Made by a program: the position numbers and the translations under genes. A stretch of 64,000 bases of DNA from Oikopleura dioica (Eukaryota > Animalia > Chordata), in contig OU015569.1 of NCBI GenBank assembly GCA_907165135.1, forward strand, positions 1,302,001 through 1,366,000, written 5' to 3'. How positions within the stretch are numbered: position 1 is the first letter of the stretch; each line of letters starts with the position of its first letter. Positions 37,770 through 50,059 of this stretch are shown piece by piece. The notes under the pieces were generated by a model that was not told where the DNA came from, ran no database searches, and was given only the letters and a program-made list of their open reading frames with translations.

Positions 37770-39990
37770 GTAAAAGAACTTATTAACTGTAACTACACAA
37801 CAACCGCAAATGAAAGAAAGACAGTGAGATGATAATGAGGGGAAACTGATTTTATTCAGGTGTATTAAAGTCCACATTGAGCTTCTTAATTATTTGCTGG
37901 CAGATCTTCTTGAGATCACGATTTTCATCGTAGTTAGGGAAGTCACTAATAATTGAACTTTTAGCTTAGTAGGGTGGGCATATAATACAGTTTTAGAATC
38001 CTCAGAAGCTGAGGATCATTTTCACTATTGATAGTGAGGGTCATCTCGTACCCTGAGGGCATTATGGTACCTCAAAGGCCTAAAATTCTGGCCAATTTCG
38101 GAAATCCGAATTTTTGACCCCCTAACCCCGGCTTTTTCGCGCGCGGCTAAGATATTTTGTAGCCCAGGCTCTGACGGTCATTTCTTGGGGTCGGAAAGTA
38201 CTGATTACCCCCATTCCAGAGGCGCTAGAGACCTCTGAAGTTGGAGAAGTCGACCAAAAATAGGTACTTTTTGGGAAAAATGCATATTTTTCATCAGTAA
38301 TGCTTCCAAAACACTTGTGATCACTTTTTATTTACTTTTTAGGTTTGAGACATAGTTTGGTGTCATTTGAGGTCATCCGAGGTGAAAATTATTAAAAATT
38401 CTTGAAATTATGATAACTGACCCCGAATGACCTCAAATGACACCAAACTATATCTCAAACCTAAAAGTAAAGCAAAAGTGATCACAAGTGTTTTGAAAGC
38501 ATTGATGTTGAAAAATATGCACTTTTCCCAAAAAGTACCTATTTTTGGTCGACTTCTCCAACTTCAGAGGTCTCTAGCGCCTCTGGAATGGGGGTAATCA
38601 GTACTTTCCCACCCCTAGAAATGGCCGTCAGAGCCTTGGCTACAACATATCTTAGCGGCGCACGAAAAAGCCGGGGTTAGGGGTGAACAATTCGAATTTC
38701 CGAAATTGGCCAGAATTTTAGGCCTTTGAGGTACCATAATGCCCTCAGGGTACGAGATGACCCTCACTATCAATAGTGAAAATGATCCTTAGCTTCTGAG
38801 GATTCTAAAACTGTATTATATGCCCACCCTACTAAGCTAGAAAAAAGCTCAAATTATTAGTGACTTCCCTAATCGTAGTTCTTCCGTAGGCGTTTTTAAC
38901 GATTTTTATCGTCTTGTTGATAAATGCTTTTTGATAAAAGCGAGCACTAGAACAAGTATTAGGTCATTACTGTTATAATTAGTCTACAGAAGTTTCAGCT
39001 TAACATTTTACTTACAACTAAAATCAACTTAAAAAAGTTACCTGATTTATCGGCGTTTTCGGACTGTTCAAGACCCTGTAAAATCGGGAACTGATTAATA
39101 TTCAACTTGAGATCTGAAATCAACGTCTGTTCTAGAGACTTTGTTGGACGAAAACTCAAAAACAAGTTATCTTGAAAAAATCCAAATTTTGACTATTTTT
39201 TAAAATTCTGCGAATTCTAGCGGATGAATTTTTTGATTTTTGGCAGACTTATGCAGAATTTGATGAGGAATTCAAAAATATAATTTGTTTTAAAATTCAT
39301 CGGTGAAATTTTGAAAGAGGGCGATTTTAAACCTTAATTTGGCTCTCATTCAAAAATTCACCGATAATTTTTTTATTCGATTAGATATTCGAAATCCTTG
39401 TTGTCTTCTCCACAAGTTGTCCAAAAATCAAAGATTTTCAACCGTCAGAACTCTCAGAATCAACAGAAACGTGAATATTTTCGACCCCTTTCTCGGCGAG
39501 TTGTTTTTGAGATTTCGCCGAAAAAGTCTCTAGAGCCGAAGTTGTTGTCAGGGCTAAAATCGAATTTTTGTCAGTTCCCAATCTAACCGGGTCCTTACCA
39601 GTCCGAAGCGGCAAAAACAGAGGTAAATTGCTTTTTGAAGAGATTTTTGCAATTTTTTTATTTTGGTGGGTGAAAAAGGAAAATTTCAAAACTTTTTTCA
39701 GATCTTGGCACAAGCTTGTGCCAATGAAGAGCGAAGCTACGAGGCCATTCGGCACTGCAAGGCTGCAAGCATGGATACGCAAGCCTCGAAGACGGAATTC
39801 GTCTTGAAAATTGTTGAAAAGCTTGAGAAAAATCATCTCAAGCTGGCCAACGACTTCAAGTCATCCGGTAATGAAGCTTGGAAAGCGAGCGACGTCGTAG
39901 TGAAAGATCCTGAATAAAATCAATTTTCCCTCCCTCTGTTTGTTGTTTTATTGTAAGCTGCGGTTGTTCTGTTGTGAGTTTTAGCTTCTT
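37770..39990. repeat. Composite inverted structure: two divergent mini-gene-like units around a foldback core (about 39030-39640)
   Basis: Each core arm ends in AG/GTAA, followed by an intron-like stretch, an exon ending CCT GAA TAA (Pro-Glu-stop) and a GU-rich tail; the left unit is split by the 37935-38871 MITE. Confidence 0.6.
37935..38871. mobile_element. Palindromic hAT-like MITE (937 bp), longer relative of 36163-36525
   Basis: TIR TAGGGAAGTCACTAATAATT; about 445-bp inverted arms; perfect 8-bp TSD ATCGTAGT (37927-37934, 38872-38879); shares gtcatctcgtaccctgagggca..ggtacctc with the 36163 element. Confidence 0.95.
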
Positions 39991-40381
39991 TGTGAGATGG
40001 TTTTTCTAAGCGATGGAGTCGAGTATCAAATAGTTGTAGGCAGAATTGTCCAGCTAGACAGGGATTCATGATCAGTGTGAGAAGTCAGTGACGATGATAA
40101 GGATTGAATTGAGGCGCGCTTGAGTCGAATCCGTTCCGATAAAAGAACTGAGACTGCGGCTGAATCCACAGAGATCAATTCCGCGGGCAGAAGAAATCGA
40201 ATGGAAGTTGCTGAAGAATCCATAGCTCCTCCGGCTTATCCGAAACTAGGGCAGGGCTTTTTGATGACACAAAAATTGTCATTGAATGCGCTTTTTAGTT
40301 TTGACGGGAATCTTGATTTAGGAATTTATTTTTAATGAAGCTTGATAAAAAGACGATCCGATAAAAAATGCGGAGACAAAA

Positions 40382-42688
40382 TTGTCGGAAAATGACACTG
40401 AAGAAAATATCGATTCTGGATTGAATTTCACCATCGAAAGTGGCGAAGAACTCAACAGCCAGGCTTCAGTTGCTTCCAGGCACAGTCTTGATGGTTTCGT
40501 CACGAAGTCCACTTCCATTTGTACGTGGTTTGTTTGCAGTACATTTTTTCTAAAACTCGTTCTAGCTTCGATCGCGGACAGCGGGCTTGGGACGCGATCT
40601 ACCTTCAGCATGAAGCGAATGAAGAGGATGGCTTCGGACAGCAAAATCTTGATCGACAAGACGTTCCGGCGAAAGATCTCTGAGAAGAAAATCCAGCTTC
40701 TTGAGCAAAACCTGGAGCAGGTAAAAGGCCCTATCAACGTTGGCTCTTTTTCAAAATAGACCTCATCACCGGCGTTTTTTGCTTTCCCACGGAATTACTG
40801 ATCTTGTCTACTGTTTCAACACTCTCACGTGACTAATTCGACGTGACAAAATCTGATTTCTTTGATTTCTGAAGAACGAGATGTTCGAAATTCGGACGAT
40901 CTAAGGCTGGACTCGGCAGTCTGAGTAGAAAACCTGAGTCAGGATTTAAAAGAGTTTTAATTAAAAGCCGCATAAGTTTTTATAAAATAGAGTCATTTTG
41001 GCGAAGCCGCTTCGCGGCTTTTTATTATAGGTCTTTTAAATCCTGACTCAGGTTTTCTACACATATTGGCGAGTCCAGCCGTAAGGGCCAAAATTGAAAT
41101 AAACAATTTTAGGAGCGAGAAAAGAACGAAAAGTTGTTTGAAAACTCCCAGCTTCAGGAATGGTGAAATGAACGTTGCATCCTCGTCGATCTTGTGCTTG
41201 TATGTTTTCACCGAATTAAAGGATGAGCTGGATGCGAAGGTTATCGAAACAAGTGACGCGAACCGTCGAAACGTAGAACTTGAAGTAGACGTCCAGCGTC
41301 TATCAAACGAGCTCAACCTCGCCATCAGTGAGTAGCAACTACTAGTCAGACAATCTCTGATTATTTTGACTACTTTTTATTCAAAACCATTTTTTCATTT
41401 TTATTTAAGAACGCTGCGAGAAACTGGAGTTAGAGCTAACAGACGCCAGTCAACAGCTCAAATTTGCGAAAGAAGGAGTCATGGCCAAGGTAAATTTATT
41501 GTTGTAAAAGTATATAAAATAGTATCAGTAATAGGAGGTTGACCAGTCTAAGACGGCGTTGCGGACCCTAATGTAGAATTGATGATAATTCATTTTATTG
41601 GTTTGAACTTCAAACTTTGAAGAGCTCAAAAGCTCTCATATTCGTCTCTCATATTCGTCTCTCATAAATTGTTGCACAGAATCTTTTTAGTAAATAATAA
41701 TATATGTCAACTAGGTAGCGCTATGCGATATGGGCTGTAGAGTCAAGGACAACTTTGAATCCATCTTGTTAATTCATTTTATTTTTTGTTTCCGACAAAA
41801 CTGAGGCACGAATTATATACTCATTTTTATGAGGCCTTATCCAACAAAAATCTAGGATGCCTGAAACTACCCCTCTAAATAACGATAGAAATCTTCTTTT
41901 ATTGGAACGTATAAAGCCATAAAAGGCCCAAAATCTGATTTTCAGAGCGACGAAGCCTTTGTCAAGGTGATCCAGAAGTTGGAAAGCGCTCTGAACAAAA
42001 TCAACGAGTCAATCGTTTACTCCAACTATCCCGGCTACGATGTCAACAGAACACTAGATGACATCGCAGCCATCCTCGACGAGGCGATGAAAAGATCAAA
42101 ATTCCTCATTGGTAAGTCAAGTTGCTTCCTTGCTTCCATAATTAAAATTTCAAGTTCGCGAAAACTCCCTAGCGAGTATTTTATCAAAAGAATCGGAGTT
42201 CATTCTCCGCCAGTATTTCAAGCAGAACTGCCTCGATCTGGAGACGATGAGCGAGAAGGAAAAGATGGAGCAGGTAAAAAATTTGGAAAGAAAAACAGAC
42301 AAGAAAACGTTTTCTAGCTTCTGAAAGCTCTTCCAGAGCTGACTCTATCCGAGAAAATTGCTCGCAAAAGCGACTTTTGCGTGAGCATGAAGTCCCTTCC
42401 GCTACAGTCGTCGACCCCCTTCGATTCCGAAAGCGAGTTGAACTCAACCACGCCGCCGCCAAAACCGCCACGGACTGTAAGGCCAGCATTTTAACAAGCC
42501 TAATTCATTGTTAATTCGTAGCTCCGCAAGATGCTCGCTCCAGGCAGCTCACATTCTCTGAGTTTTGCTCAGAACTCGCTCGAGTACCTGGTTCCAGCAA
42601 CGTCCAAGTCTAAAAGTCTCACGCGAACCCTTCGCCGGAAAATCGTCAAGCTCAAACCGTCTTTCGAAAAGTTATCGCCTCGCAAATA
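40382..42688 (+). CDS. Unknown coiled-coil protein, multi-exon
   Basis: Exons with heptad-like sequence (KKIQLLEQNLEQ, ELEVDVQRLSNELNLAI, VIQKLESALNKINE) and canonical splice sites; start uncertain. Confidence 0.55.
40907..41078. mobile_element. CTGGGCTCGGCA-family MITE, intronic, diverged
   Basis: ctggactcggca...ggcgagtccag ends; agaaaacctgagtcagg arms; degenerate TSD (TAAGG shared). Confidence 0.8.
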
Positions 42689-42859
42689 AAACAGTTCCTA
42701 CCCTGTTTAAAAAAATTTGAACTAAATTAAACATTTTTTCTTATTTTAAAATTCAAATCTATCAGGTCCAAAGATAAAAAACTGTTTCTCTTTCTGCTCA
42801 TCAAACAAATAAAGGGTCGTTGTTTTATTTACAGTATTTGATTACTTTCATCACTATTG

Positions 42860-45800
42860 CTATTCAATACGTACTCGCCACGGGCTTGGTGGAGCCGACA
42901 AACGCGGCTTTTATACAAAAGAAGATGATGACAAGGACGAAGCCGCCGCCGAGGACGTAGAAAAACTTTGCTGCCTTTTTGAGTTTTTCTTCTTCGAGTG
43001 CTTCTTTTTCGCGACTGAAAAAATTTGCAGTTAGAGGGGCGTCTGTGCTGGAAAGAATTATGATCAGGTTTATGATCGGTTCTAGAGTATATACTAGGAA
43101 AGCGTGGTGGCTTTTGTCTCGACGTCGGGAGCAGGAGTGCTTGGTTGGTTCAACAAACGAGGCGTGGAAGGAGGAAGAGTTGCAAGGATGGATTTGAGGT
43201 TCACGCGCGGCCTCAAAGAGTTCATCATCGTTGGTCGCTGAACTGGAGCGCCTTGGTCAATCATCACATTATCCTTGGATGAAAGATGATGTTGCTGATT
43301 ATTGAGTTTGAAGGCTCACCTGGGGAGGAAGAGGTCGGTAGACCATTGGATTAGGTATGTGCTGAACGTAGACAGGGTTATTTCTGATTTCGGTTCTTTC
43401 AAATTCTCGAGCGGAAAATAAAGCTAAGAGAGAATTAAAGAACCGTTGACTTGGATCATTCTGGTTGGCGAAGTTGTTCTGCTGATGATGCGATCGCATG
43501 TGCGGAGCTCGGATTACTGGAGCAGCTTTCATGGCTATAAAACGATTACTACTCACCAAGCAGGAGATAAGGCTTACGTTCCCCGGCATCACACATTACC
43601 CCGCCATTACGTTTATTTATCACCTGTAATCTCTTGTAAATTCAATTATGCATTTAACCCAAACTACCGGTATTTGCGCAAATGGGAGGCTTATTTTCAC
43701 CAAGTCAGTTATTTTATGCCTGCAAGAAAACTGGATAGAAAGGACTTACCATCAGCCACAGTTTTCACAGCACTGTAGGAGATCAAAATCGCCGAGCCTG
43801 CTTGAACATCGAGTCCTATTTCAGCTTTTGAACCTTCTCCGCCGGCGAAAAACAGCTGTTTCGTGTCACAGTTGATAAAGTTCTTTCTCCCATTCACCAT
43901 GACCCAAACCTGGTTGCGCTTTCGATCGGCTTTTTAAATTGTCAAGAAATCAAATCAGTTGATCCAAAAAAACTTTTTGGAAAAAAACTTTGTCTAAAGA
44001 AAAGTCGAAAGTTTCTAGTTTTGATTATTCGGATAGCTGGCTGCGGTTGGTCTCGCGCTCCATCCGTAAGCCGCGTTTGTTTACGCCGCAGCTTTAGGGA
44101 CTTACATTTTTTCACTTTGAAAAAGGGAAGAAAAATTACAAAGTTTAAATTTAGAATTTATGATTTATAATTTATAAGCCAAGTAGCTGGGAGCAGTTGA
44201 TTTCTAGGGAGCGCACGTGGACCTTCAAAATGGGAGCTTTGTCCACGCTCCATTCGTCGACGCCGATTTCCCAGATGCAATTGAATGGACCTTCTAGTCG
44301 CCCGGGAAGCCAGGAGTTCCAACGTACTGAAAAGAAAGGTTGGAAGGTGAAGAACTTTTGGTTTTGAATGAAATGGGAGTGGCCAAGAAGATCGAATAAT
44401 TGAGGTTAGGGCTGGGCTCGGCAACCTGTGTAAAAACCTGAGTCAGGATTTTGGAAGAGCTTTAAAGAAAAGACGCGCGGTGGCTTTTTTATGATTCATA
44501 AATTATGAACAAAGCCGCTTATGTAAGTATTGGGAAGCCTGGGCTCGGCAACCTGTGTAGAAAACCTGAGTCAGATTCTGAAAAACCAAAATGAAAAGCC
44601 GCGTAGCGGCTTTTAAAGACGAAGCCGCAAAGCGGCTTCGGAACATAATCATTTCAATTTAACTTTTTCTATTTGCGAAGCCGCTTGGTGGCTTCGTCTT
44701 TTAAAAAGCCGCTACGCCTGCTTTTCAGAACCTGACTCAGGATTCTAGCAAAGCTCCAACAACAAGGCCAACTATTCATTTATTTATGAAATAAATGTCA
44801 CCTGTCTCCCAACAGTATGATATCATTATCAATATCATCAAATTTAGTTGATCGTCAAAAATGTGGTAAATCAAAATAGACGTCATTTTTTCTGTTAATA
44901 TTATCCCATTAAATTTGTTTTTAAACAGGCGGGAAGACAATTATCCTCAGCGAAAGAGAAGAAGTGAGGGTTGAGAGGAGAGGATTAGAGATCCACTTGA
45001 CTTTGGTGGAAACGTTTGACATTTTCGGCTGCGTTTTGCGTAATGAACGCTGCTGGAGTACCGACTACTCAAGGAGGACGGACATTTTCCGCCACCTCAT
45101 CCAAAAACGATCTAATTTATCTTTCACTTATTTTTCGACGATATTGTATTCCATTCTTCAAAGAGTAGTTTTTACTATCAAAAACATAACTTCTGTCAAA
45201 CTGTTTAGGAACATTTCAAAATAAGCTTGCACTGAAACTACTGTTTAAAATATATGATTCAAGATGTACAGTCGTCTTCTAAAGTAGAAATCCGCTGAAA
45301 GATCTCTAATTAAAAGTCGCGTAGCGGCTTTGCGAAAATTTAAAAATATATTGGAAAGGTAATTTTGAGAAGCCGCTCCGCAGGTTCATTTTTTGAAAAG
45401 CCGATGCGCGGCTTTTTATTCAGACCCTGACTCAGGTTTTCCAGACAGGTTGCTGAAAGTGCTTTCGTAGAAAGCCGCACAGCGGCTTTTTTTTAAGACG
45501 AAGCCGCGAAGAGGCTATGCCTGAATTTCCTTATAAGTTATAAGGGGGTTACTTGGGGTCAGACATCGAACCACCATATTTTGTCACCTTCCGCCAGAAG
45601 GTTCGGACCTCCCTGCGGGCGATCCTGCCGCACTCCGCGGGCTACGCGGCGTTCGCCTCATGGTTAGTTATCTGGTAATAGGAGGCGACCCGTAAGCACC
45701 CGTAAAAAGATTTTTTCAGAGATTTAAGAAAAGTGTCTGATAAAGATCATATTCGAAGAAAAATTTCTAGTGAAATCTAGAACAATGAGAATTTTTGCTT

Positions 45801-47609
45801 TGAAATATAAATTTCGCATTTTACATTATTTCTTGAATAATTTCTTTAGAAATGAATCAATATTCGGAATCAGCAAGTTCAATTACCCATATTCATAAAA
45901 AGAAATTTTAAATTTTATGTCAGATAAGAGAAGTTGGAATCGCGAGAGAGAGGTCATCGCGCTCCCGTGAAAATCCCTAGTTATAAGTTATAACTTATAA
46001 CTATTCTATTTTTATTATTGAGATTGTAATTTTGAACTTCGTTCAATTTTTTCGCATAAAAAGACAATGAGTTGCAAAAAGTTAAAAAAAATAAACTCTC
46101 TCGTCATCCATAATCCGGTTCTTAACGAGTGCGATTGTGAGTGGCAAACTCCGGGGCTCGCTTTAAATCTGCATTTTCAAAAACTGAGCACGTATTAAAC
46201 TGCTTAGAAGTCTTTAGTCGTTCAGACAGGCGAAATCTCGAGCACAATATACTTAGCATATTTTGCGTAAAATAACTAAAATAGGTTTGAATTTAGAATT
46301 TTGCATTGTGAAATGAGTCAGCAATAATAATTTCTGATAGTTTTTTTACAGATACAGCCTCAGAAACCTGTGTAGAAAACCTGAGTCAGGGCTCGAAAGA
46401 TCTTTAATGAAAATGCGGCTTATACGAAATGGCCAGAAATAAAATATATTGGAGAGTAATTTTTAAGCAGCTTTTGATAAGAGGTCTTATAGACCTTAAG
46501 GGTGTCAACGTCGATTTTTACAAGCTTTCAATTTCTAGCTTGGAATTCCGACTCACGTTTTTAGTCGAGGAAAATCGGTAATTCGCGTGAACAAAGCTGG
46601 GTTGGAGTGGATTTGGGATAAAAAGCGGTGGTCTAATCTGAGTGGCACAATTTTTTTCGTCTTACGTTTGCAGCGAGCCTTATCAGTTCTCGGCAGGACT
46701 GATCCACTCGATGCGCCGCGTATTCTATACTTTACCAGCAGCCTCTTCAAAACTCTCTTTTTACTTGTTTAGACGCAGTTTACATAACGCATCCAATTAA
46801 TAGTCGAAGTTCGACTGTCGAACGAAACAAAAACACCAACTTTTTGGGAAAATATTCTGAGAAGGTTAAAATGACTCGTTTAAAATTAACCTGTTTTAGT
46901 AAATTCATCAATTCCTTGTCGATTAAATTAGGGAAGAAAAACTGTCAACTCGTCAAAATTGCCGGGCTCGCGCTAAATCTAGACGTATTAAATTCCTAGC
47001 AAAATACTGGAAGTGGGCAGATCTCTCTTTAGGAGGCTGGATTAGCTAATCTCGAGTGAAGGAAATCCAGACGGGACTCGATTTGATAACTACCGCTTCG
47101 AACAAGTTCCCTCGCAAAATTGCTCTTAGAAAGTTGCTTTCCTTCTATTTTCCTGGAGCTTTTTTTTTGGTCTTTTCTCCCTTTTACGTTCATTTTTCAC
47201 AACTCAAGCAAAAAAGGCAAAAGCAAAATAGCCTCCATCATTTACAATTTTTATATTTTAATATAAGTTAAAAATAAAACGATGAAAAATTGAATTAAAC
47301 TTATTTTTTTTACGCAAAAAAAATAAATAAATAAAATAATAATATATTATTAATAATAAAAATAAATTTGATAATATCAAAAATAATAATAAAAATATAA
47401 TTATATAGAATAAAACAAATAAATATAATTAAAATAATAAAATAATCAGATAAATCATTAAGTTAGTAATAATATATATTCTTTACCTTCGTCTCTCCAA
47501 AGAAAGCATTATCGCCACCTCTTCCGCTAGAATTGCAGCCCAGAACCGAAGTCGCCTCTATCCTGGATTTCGCTGTTAAAACGAACAGCAAGACCAACTG
47601 CTTCATCAT
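42860..47609 (-). CDS. CUB-domain single-pass membrane protein (frameshifted in this sequence)
   Basis: Exon at about 44200-44325 reads YVGTPGFPGD[Y]EGPFNCIWEI..LEINC (CUB); Pro/Thr-rich stalk; C-terminal TM FFYVLGGGFVLVIIFFC. The signal-peptide exon MMKQLVLLFVLTAKS at 47609 is assigned by inference, and exon linkage across the repeat-filled introns is uncertain. Confidence 0.55.
44412..44750. mobile_element. Rearranged CTGGGCTCGGCA-family MITEs (left ends at 44412 and 44539)
   Basis: ctgggctcggcaacctgtgta(g/a)aaaacctgagtcag twice, plus one right arm. Confidence 0.8.
45300..45520. mobile_element. Fragments of the CTGGGCTCGGCA-family MITE
   Basis: aaaagccg..gcggcttt, ccctgactcaggttttcc..caggttg. 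Confidence 0.6.
45532..46000. repeat. Unclassified repeat bounded by TTATAAGTTATAA motifs, with GC-rich hairpins
   Basis: Motif at 45532 and about 45982 (also at 25881); hairpins ccttc/gaagg and ccgcg/cgcgg at 45588-45655. Confidence 0.35.
46358..46480. mobile_element. Partial CTGGGCTCGGCA-family MITE
   Basis: ctcagaaacctgtgtagaaaacctgagtcaggg..gaaagatct. Confidence 0.65.
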
Positions 47610-47689
47610 TTTCTTTACAAATGTTTTCTTTTCTCTGTACAAATTAAAATCAGTCCCAAGCTTAATATCGCTACTTATCAAAATTGGGT

Positions 47690-48345
47690 TTAATGAAACG
47701 GAGAAGCGGGTGACCGGGACGAGCGCTGGGACTCTCCGGCGCCGCCTGTACCGCGCGGTGCTAAATTTTGCAGACGAAAATCGCGCTGTTGCTCGAATTG
47801 AAGGTTTATTCCCGAAAAAGTTTTTTTGACATACAGTAGGGTTCAGAAAAGTGGAGAGATTGGATACCGTCGATAGGGCATTTCCGCTCGAACTGAAATT
47901 ATCATTTTACTTTGATAAAACTCTAGGCTCAGAAACCTGTGTAGAAATCCTGAGTAAGGGTCCTGAAAGATCTCAAATGGAAATTAGCGGCTTTTCTTCA
48001 GGGTAGCCGCGAAGCGGCTTTTCCAAATAAGTTATTTGAAATTACCAATTTATTTCATCAAAGATCTTTCAAGACCCTGACTCAGGATTTCAACACAGGT
48101 TGACGAACCCAGGTGAACAGAAACACTAGTTTTTGAAACTTACCGCTCCTGAGATGTTGAAGCTGGTCGTTCAGCAGGTCGAAGAATCGTTGTTCCTAAT
48201 TGTATTAGTTTTTCAAAATGTAGCTTTTATTCTTTCTCAAATCGTTTACCTCTGGCGTAAGACCGATTTCATGAGCATTTCTAGCGATGTTGCTGCAGCA
48301 AACGGCGCCATAAAGAGCAAGTCCAAAAACAGAAAGAAACTTCAT
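47690..48345 (-). CDS. Three-exon 72-aa secreted peptide precursor
   Basis: Exons 48345-48250, 48195-48144 and 47760-47690 join in frame via GT-AG introns: MKFLSVFGLALYGAVCCSNIARNAHEIGLTPEEQRFFDLLNDQLQHLRSAPRGTGGAGESQRSSRSPASPFH. Confidence 0.65.
47923..48112. mobile_element. CTGGGCTCGGCA-family MITE in intron 2 of the peptide gene
   Basis: ctaggctcagaaacctgtgtag / cacaggttgacgaacccag ends. Confidence 0.75.
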
Positions 48346-49055
48346 CTGTTCACTTTTTTCGTGGTGAATATTCTTCGCGCTGAAACACGGAAGTTTATAT
48401 ACCTATCTCGACTCTGGCCAGTGCTGCTGAACGAATGTGTGCGGGATGGGTGGGAAAGGGACACCTTCAATTTTAGATGTAAATGAATCCAGCTGACTTC
48501 CGTATTCGGTGATTTATTTTGAAGACTCTTTTGAGAAGAATTTATATTGTAAATTTTCCATTTTGGTAAATTTTAATAGCGAAAATTAAATAATAGAAAA
48601 ACTTAAAATTACGAATTTTTATTTAATAAAATCTATAATTTTTCCCCTCGATTTTCAACGTAATGAACCGCCATAAATTGAATTAGACGATCTTGAAAAT
48701 TTGAAATTTATTTTGGCGACTCTCTTGTCGTGAAAAATAAAAAGAGATAAGCTGTGTAGCATGATGATATAGAATATATCACCGCTGCAGATTATATCGT
48801 CGCCGGGATTCTTACTTAGCTTACGGCGCTTATCAAAAGTTACAATGTTGTAGCTCGGCGCGAAAAAGAGTACCGCAGACAGGCGCCTCTTATCTTTGAA
48901 CTTTTCTTGTTGATCCAAGAATTTTAGAAATTTTCAAGTTATAATTCTTCATTTTTCCGTTTCACCCTTCATATTTATTTTCGTCTATATAGTGAATACC
49001 GTCTGTATGTATATTTAATCCGTTAAAATGCAAGAACAATATTTCCAAATCAATA

Positions 49056-49961
49056 AGAGTTGCAAATGTGGCTTTATTTTCGCTGAGCTGAGCTGAGTGA
49101 GAAATTCTCTGAGCTGAGCTGGTCTATTTCGGAGCTCACTGAGCTGAGCTGAGTTGAGCTGAGCTGCCCCTTTTCAGAGGTCATTGAGCTGAGCTGAGCT
49201 GACCTTTTCTTAGGTAGTTGAGCTGAGCTGAGCTAAGCAGAACCTAATAAGAGCTGAGCTGAGTGAGCTGAGCTTATCAATATACTTAGTACAATGATAA
49301 ATGGCGAAAATTAATCGTAGTTTGGTCTGTTCGGTTACGTCAAAAGGTGCACGAAAGAACTTGGGCCGGAAAAGGGCGCATGCTGGAATGGGCTGCTCCT
49401 GCATTTGAATGATATCAGCGCTTCTAAAATTTAAACTCGGGCAGCTTCTTTAGTTCTACGCATATCTTGAATGCGAATCTAAAAGGGCCACTGCCTTTTA
49501 TTTTATATCTCGCGTGCGGGGAGCTTTAATGAGCTGGAATATGCAGAGTGCAACTCGACAGAAATTAGCATGAATGCACGTTTTCTCTTACTGGACCAAT
49601 AGACTCGCTCCTCCCCCTTTTTCATCAATCAGGAGAAATTTAATTAGGAAGTACTCTGCTGAGCTGAGCTGAGCAGACCATATTTAGAGCTGAGCTGAGC
49701 TGTTTTTACTGTATTTTTATTATTAAAATAGCGTAAAATTCATTGAGCTTAGCTGAGCTGAGCTTAGTGAGAATTGTATGAGCTGAGCTGAGCTGAGCAG
49801 AACAGATCATGTTCGAAAATCATTTAGCTGAGCTGAGCGAAAATTGTTTGAGCTGAGCTGAGCTTAGCAGATTAAATCATTTTGGAAAAGCACTGAGCTG
49901 AGCTGAGCGACCGCGCATTCAGCCAGCTCAGCTCACTCAGCTCAGCAGATTTGCAACTCTG
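49056..49961. mobile_element. hAT-like element with (CTGAG)n subterminal arrays
   Basis: Ends aAGAGTTGCAAAT / ATTTGCAACTCTG; many GCTGA pentamer runs, last block inverted; no intact TSD. Confidence 0.7.
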
Positions 49962-50059
49962 ATGTCTTGAATATGCGGAACAGTATGAGTGGATCAGTTT
50001 TTATTTTGATGAATTATATTATTTATTGATTTGATATTGTTTTCCCTCTCACTCTAGGT

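Noticed and set aside
41633-41668. Short tandem repeat ctctcatattcgt x2.5
   Set aside because: Ordinary intronic slippage duplication.
47280-47480. Extremely AT-rich tract (similar at 61860-62000 and 55255-55310)
   Set aside because: Low-complexity intronic or intergenic sequence with no periodicity or defined motif.
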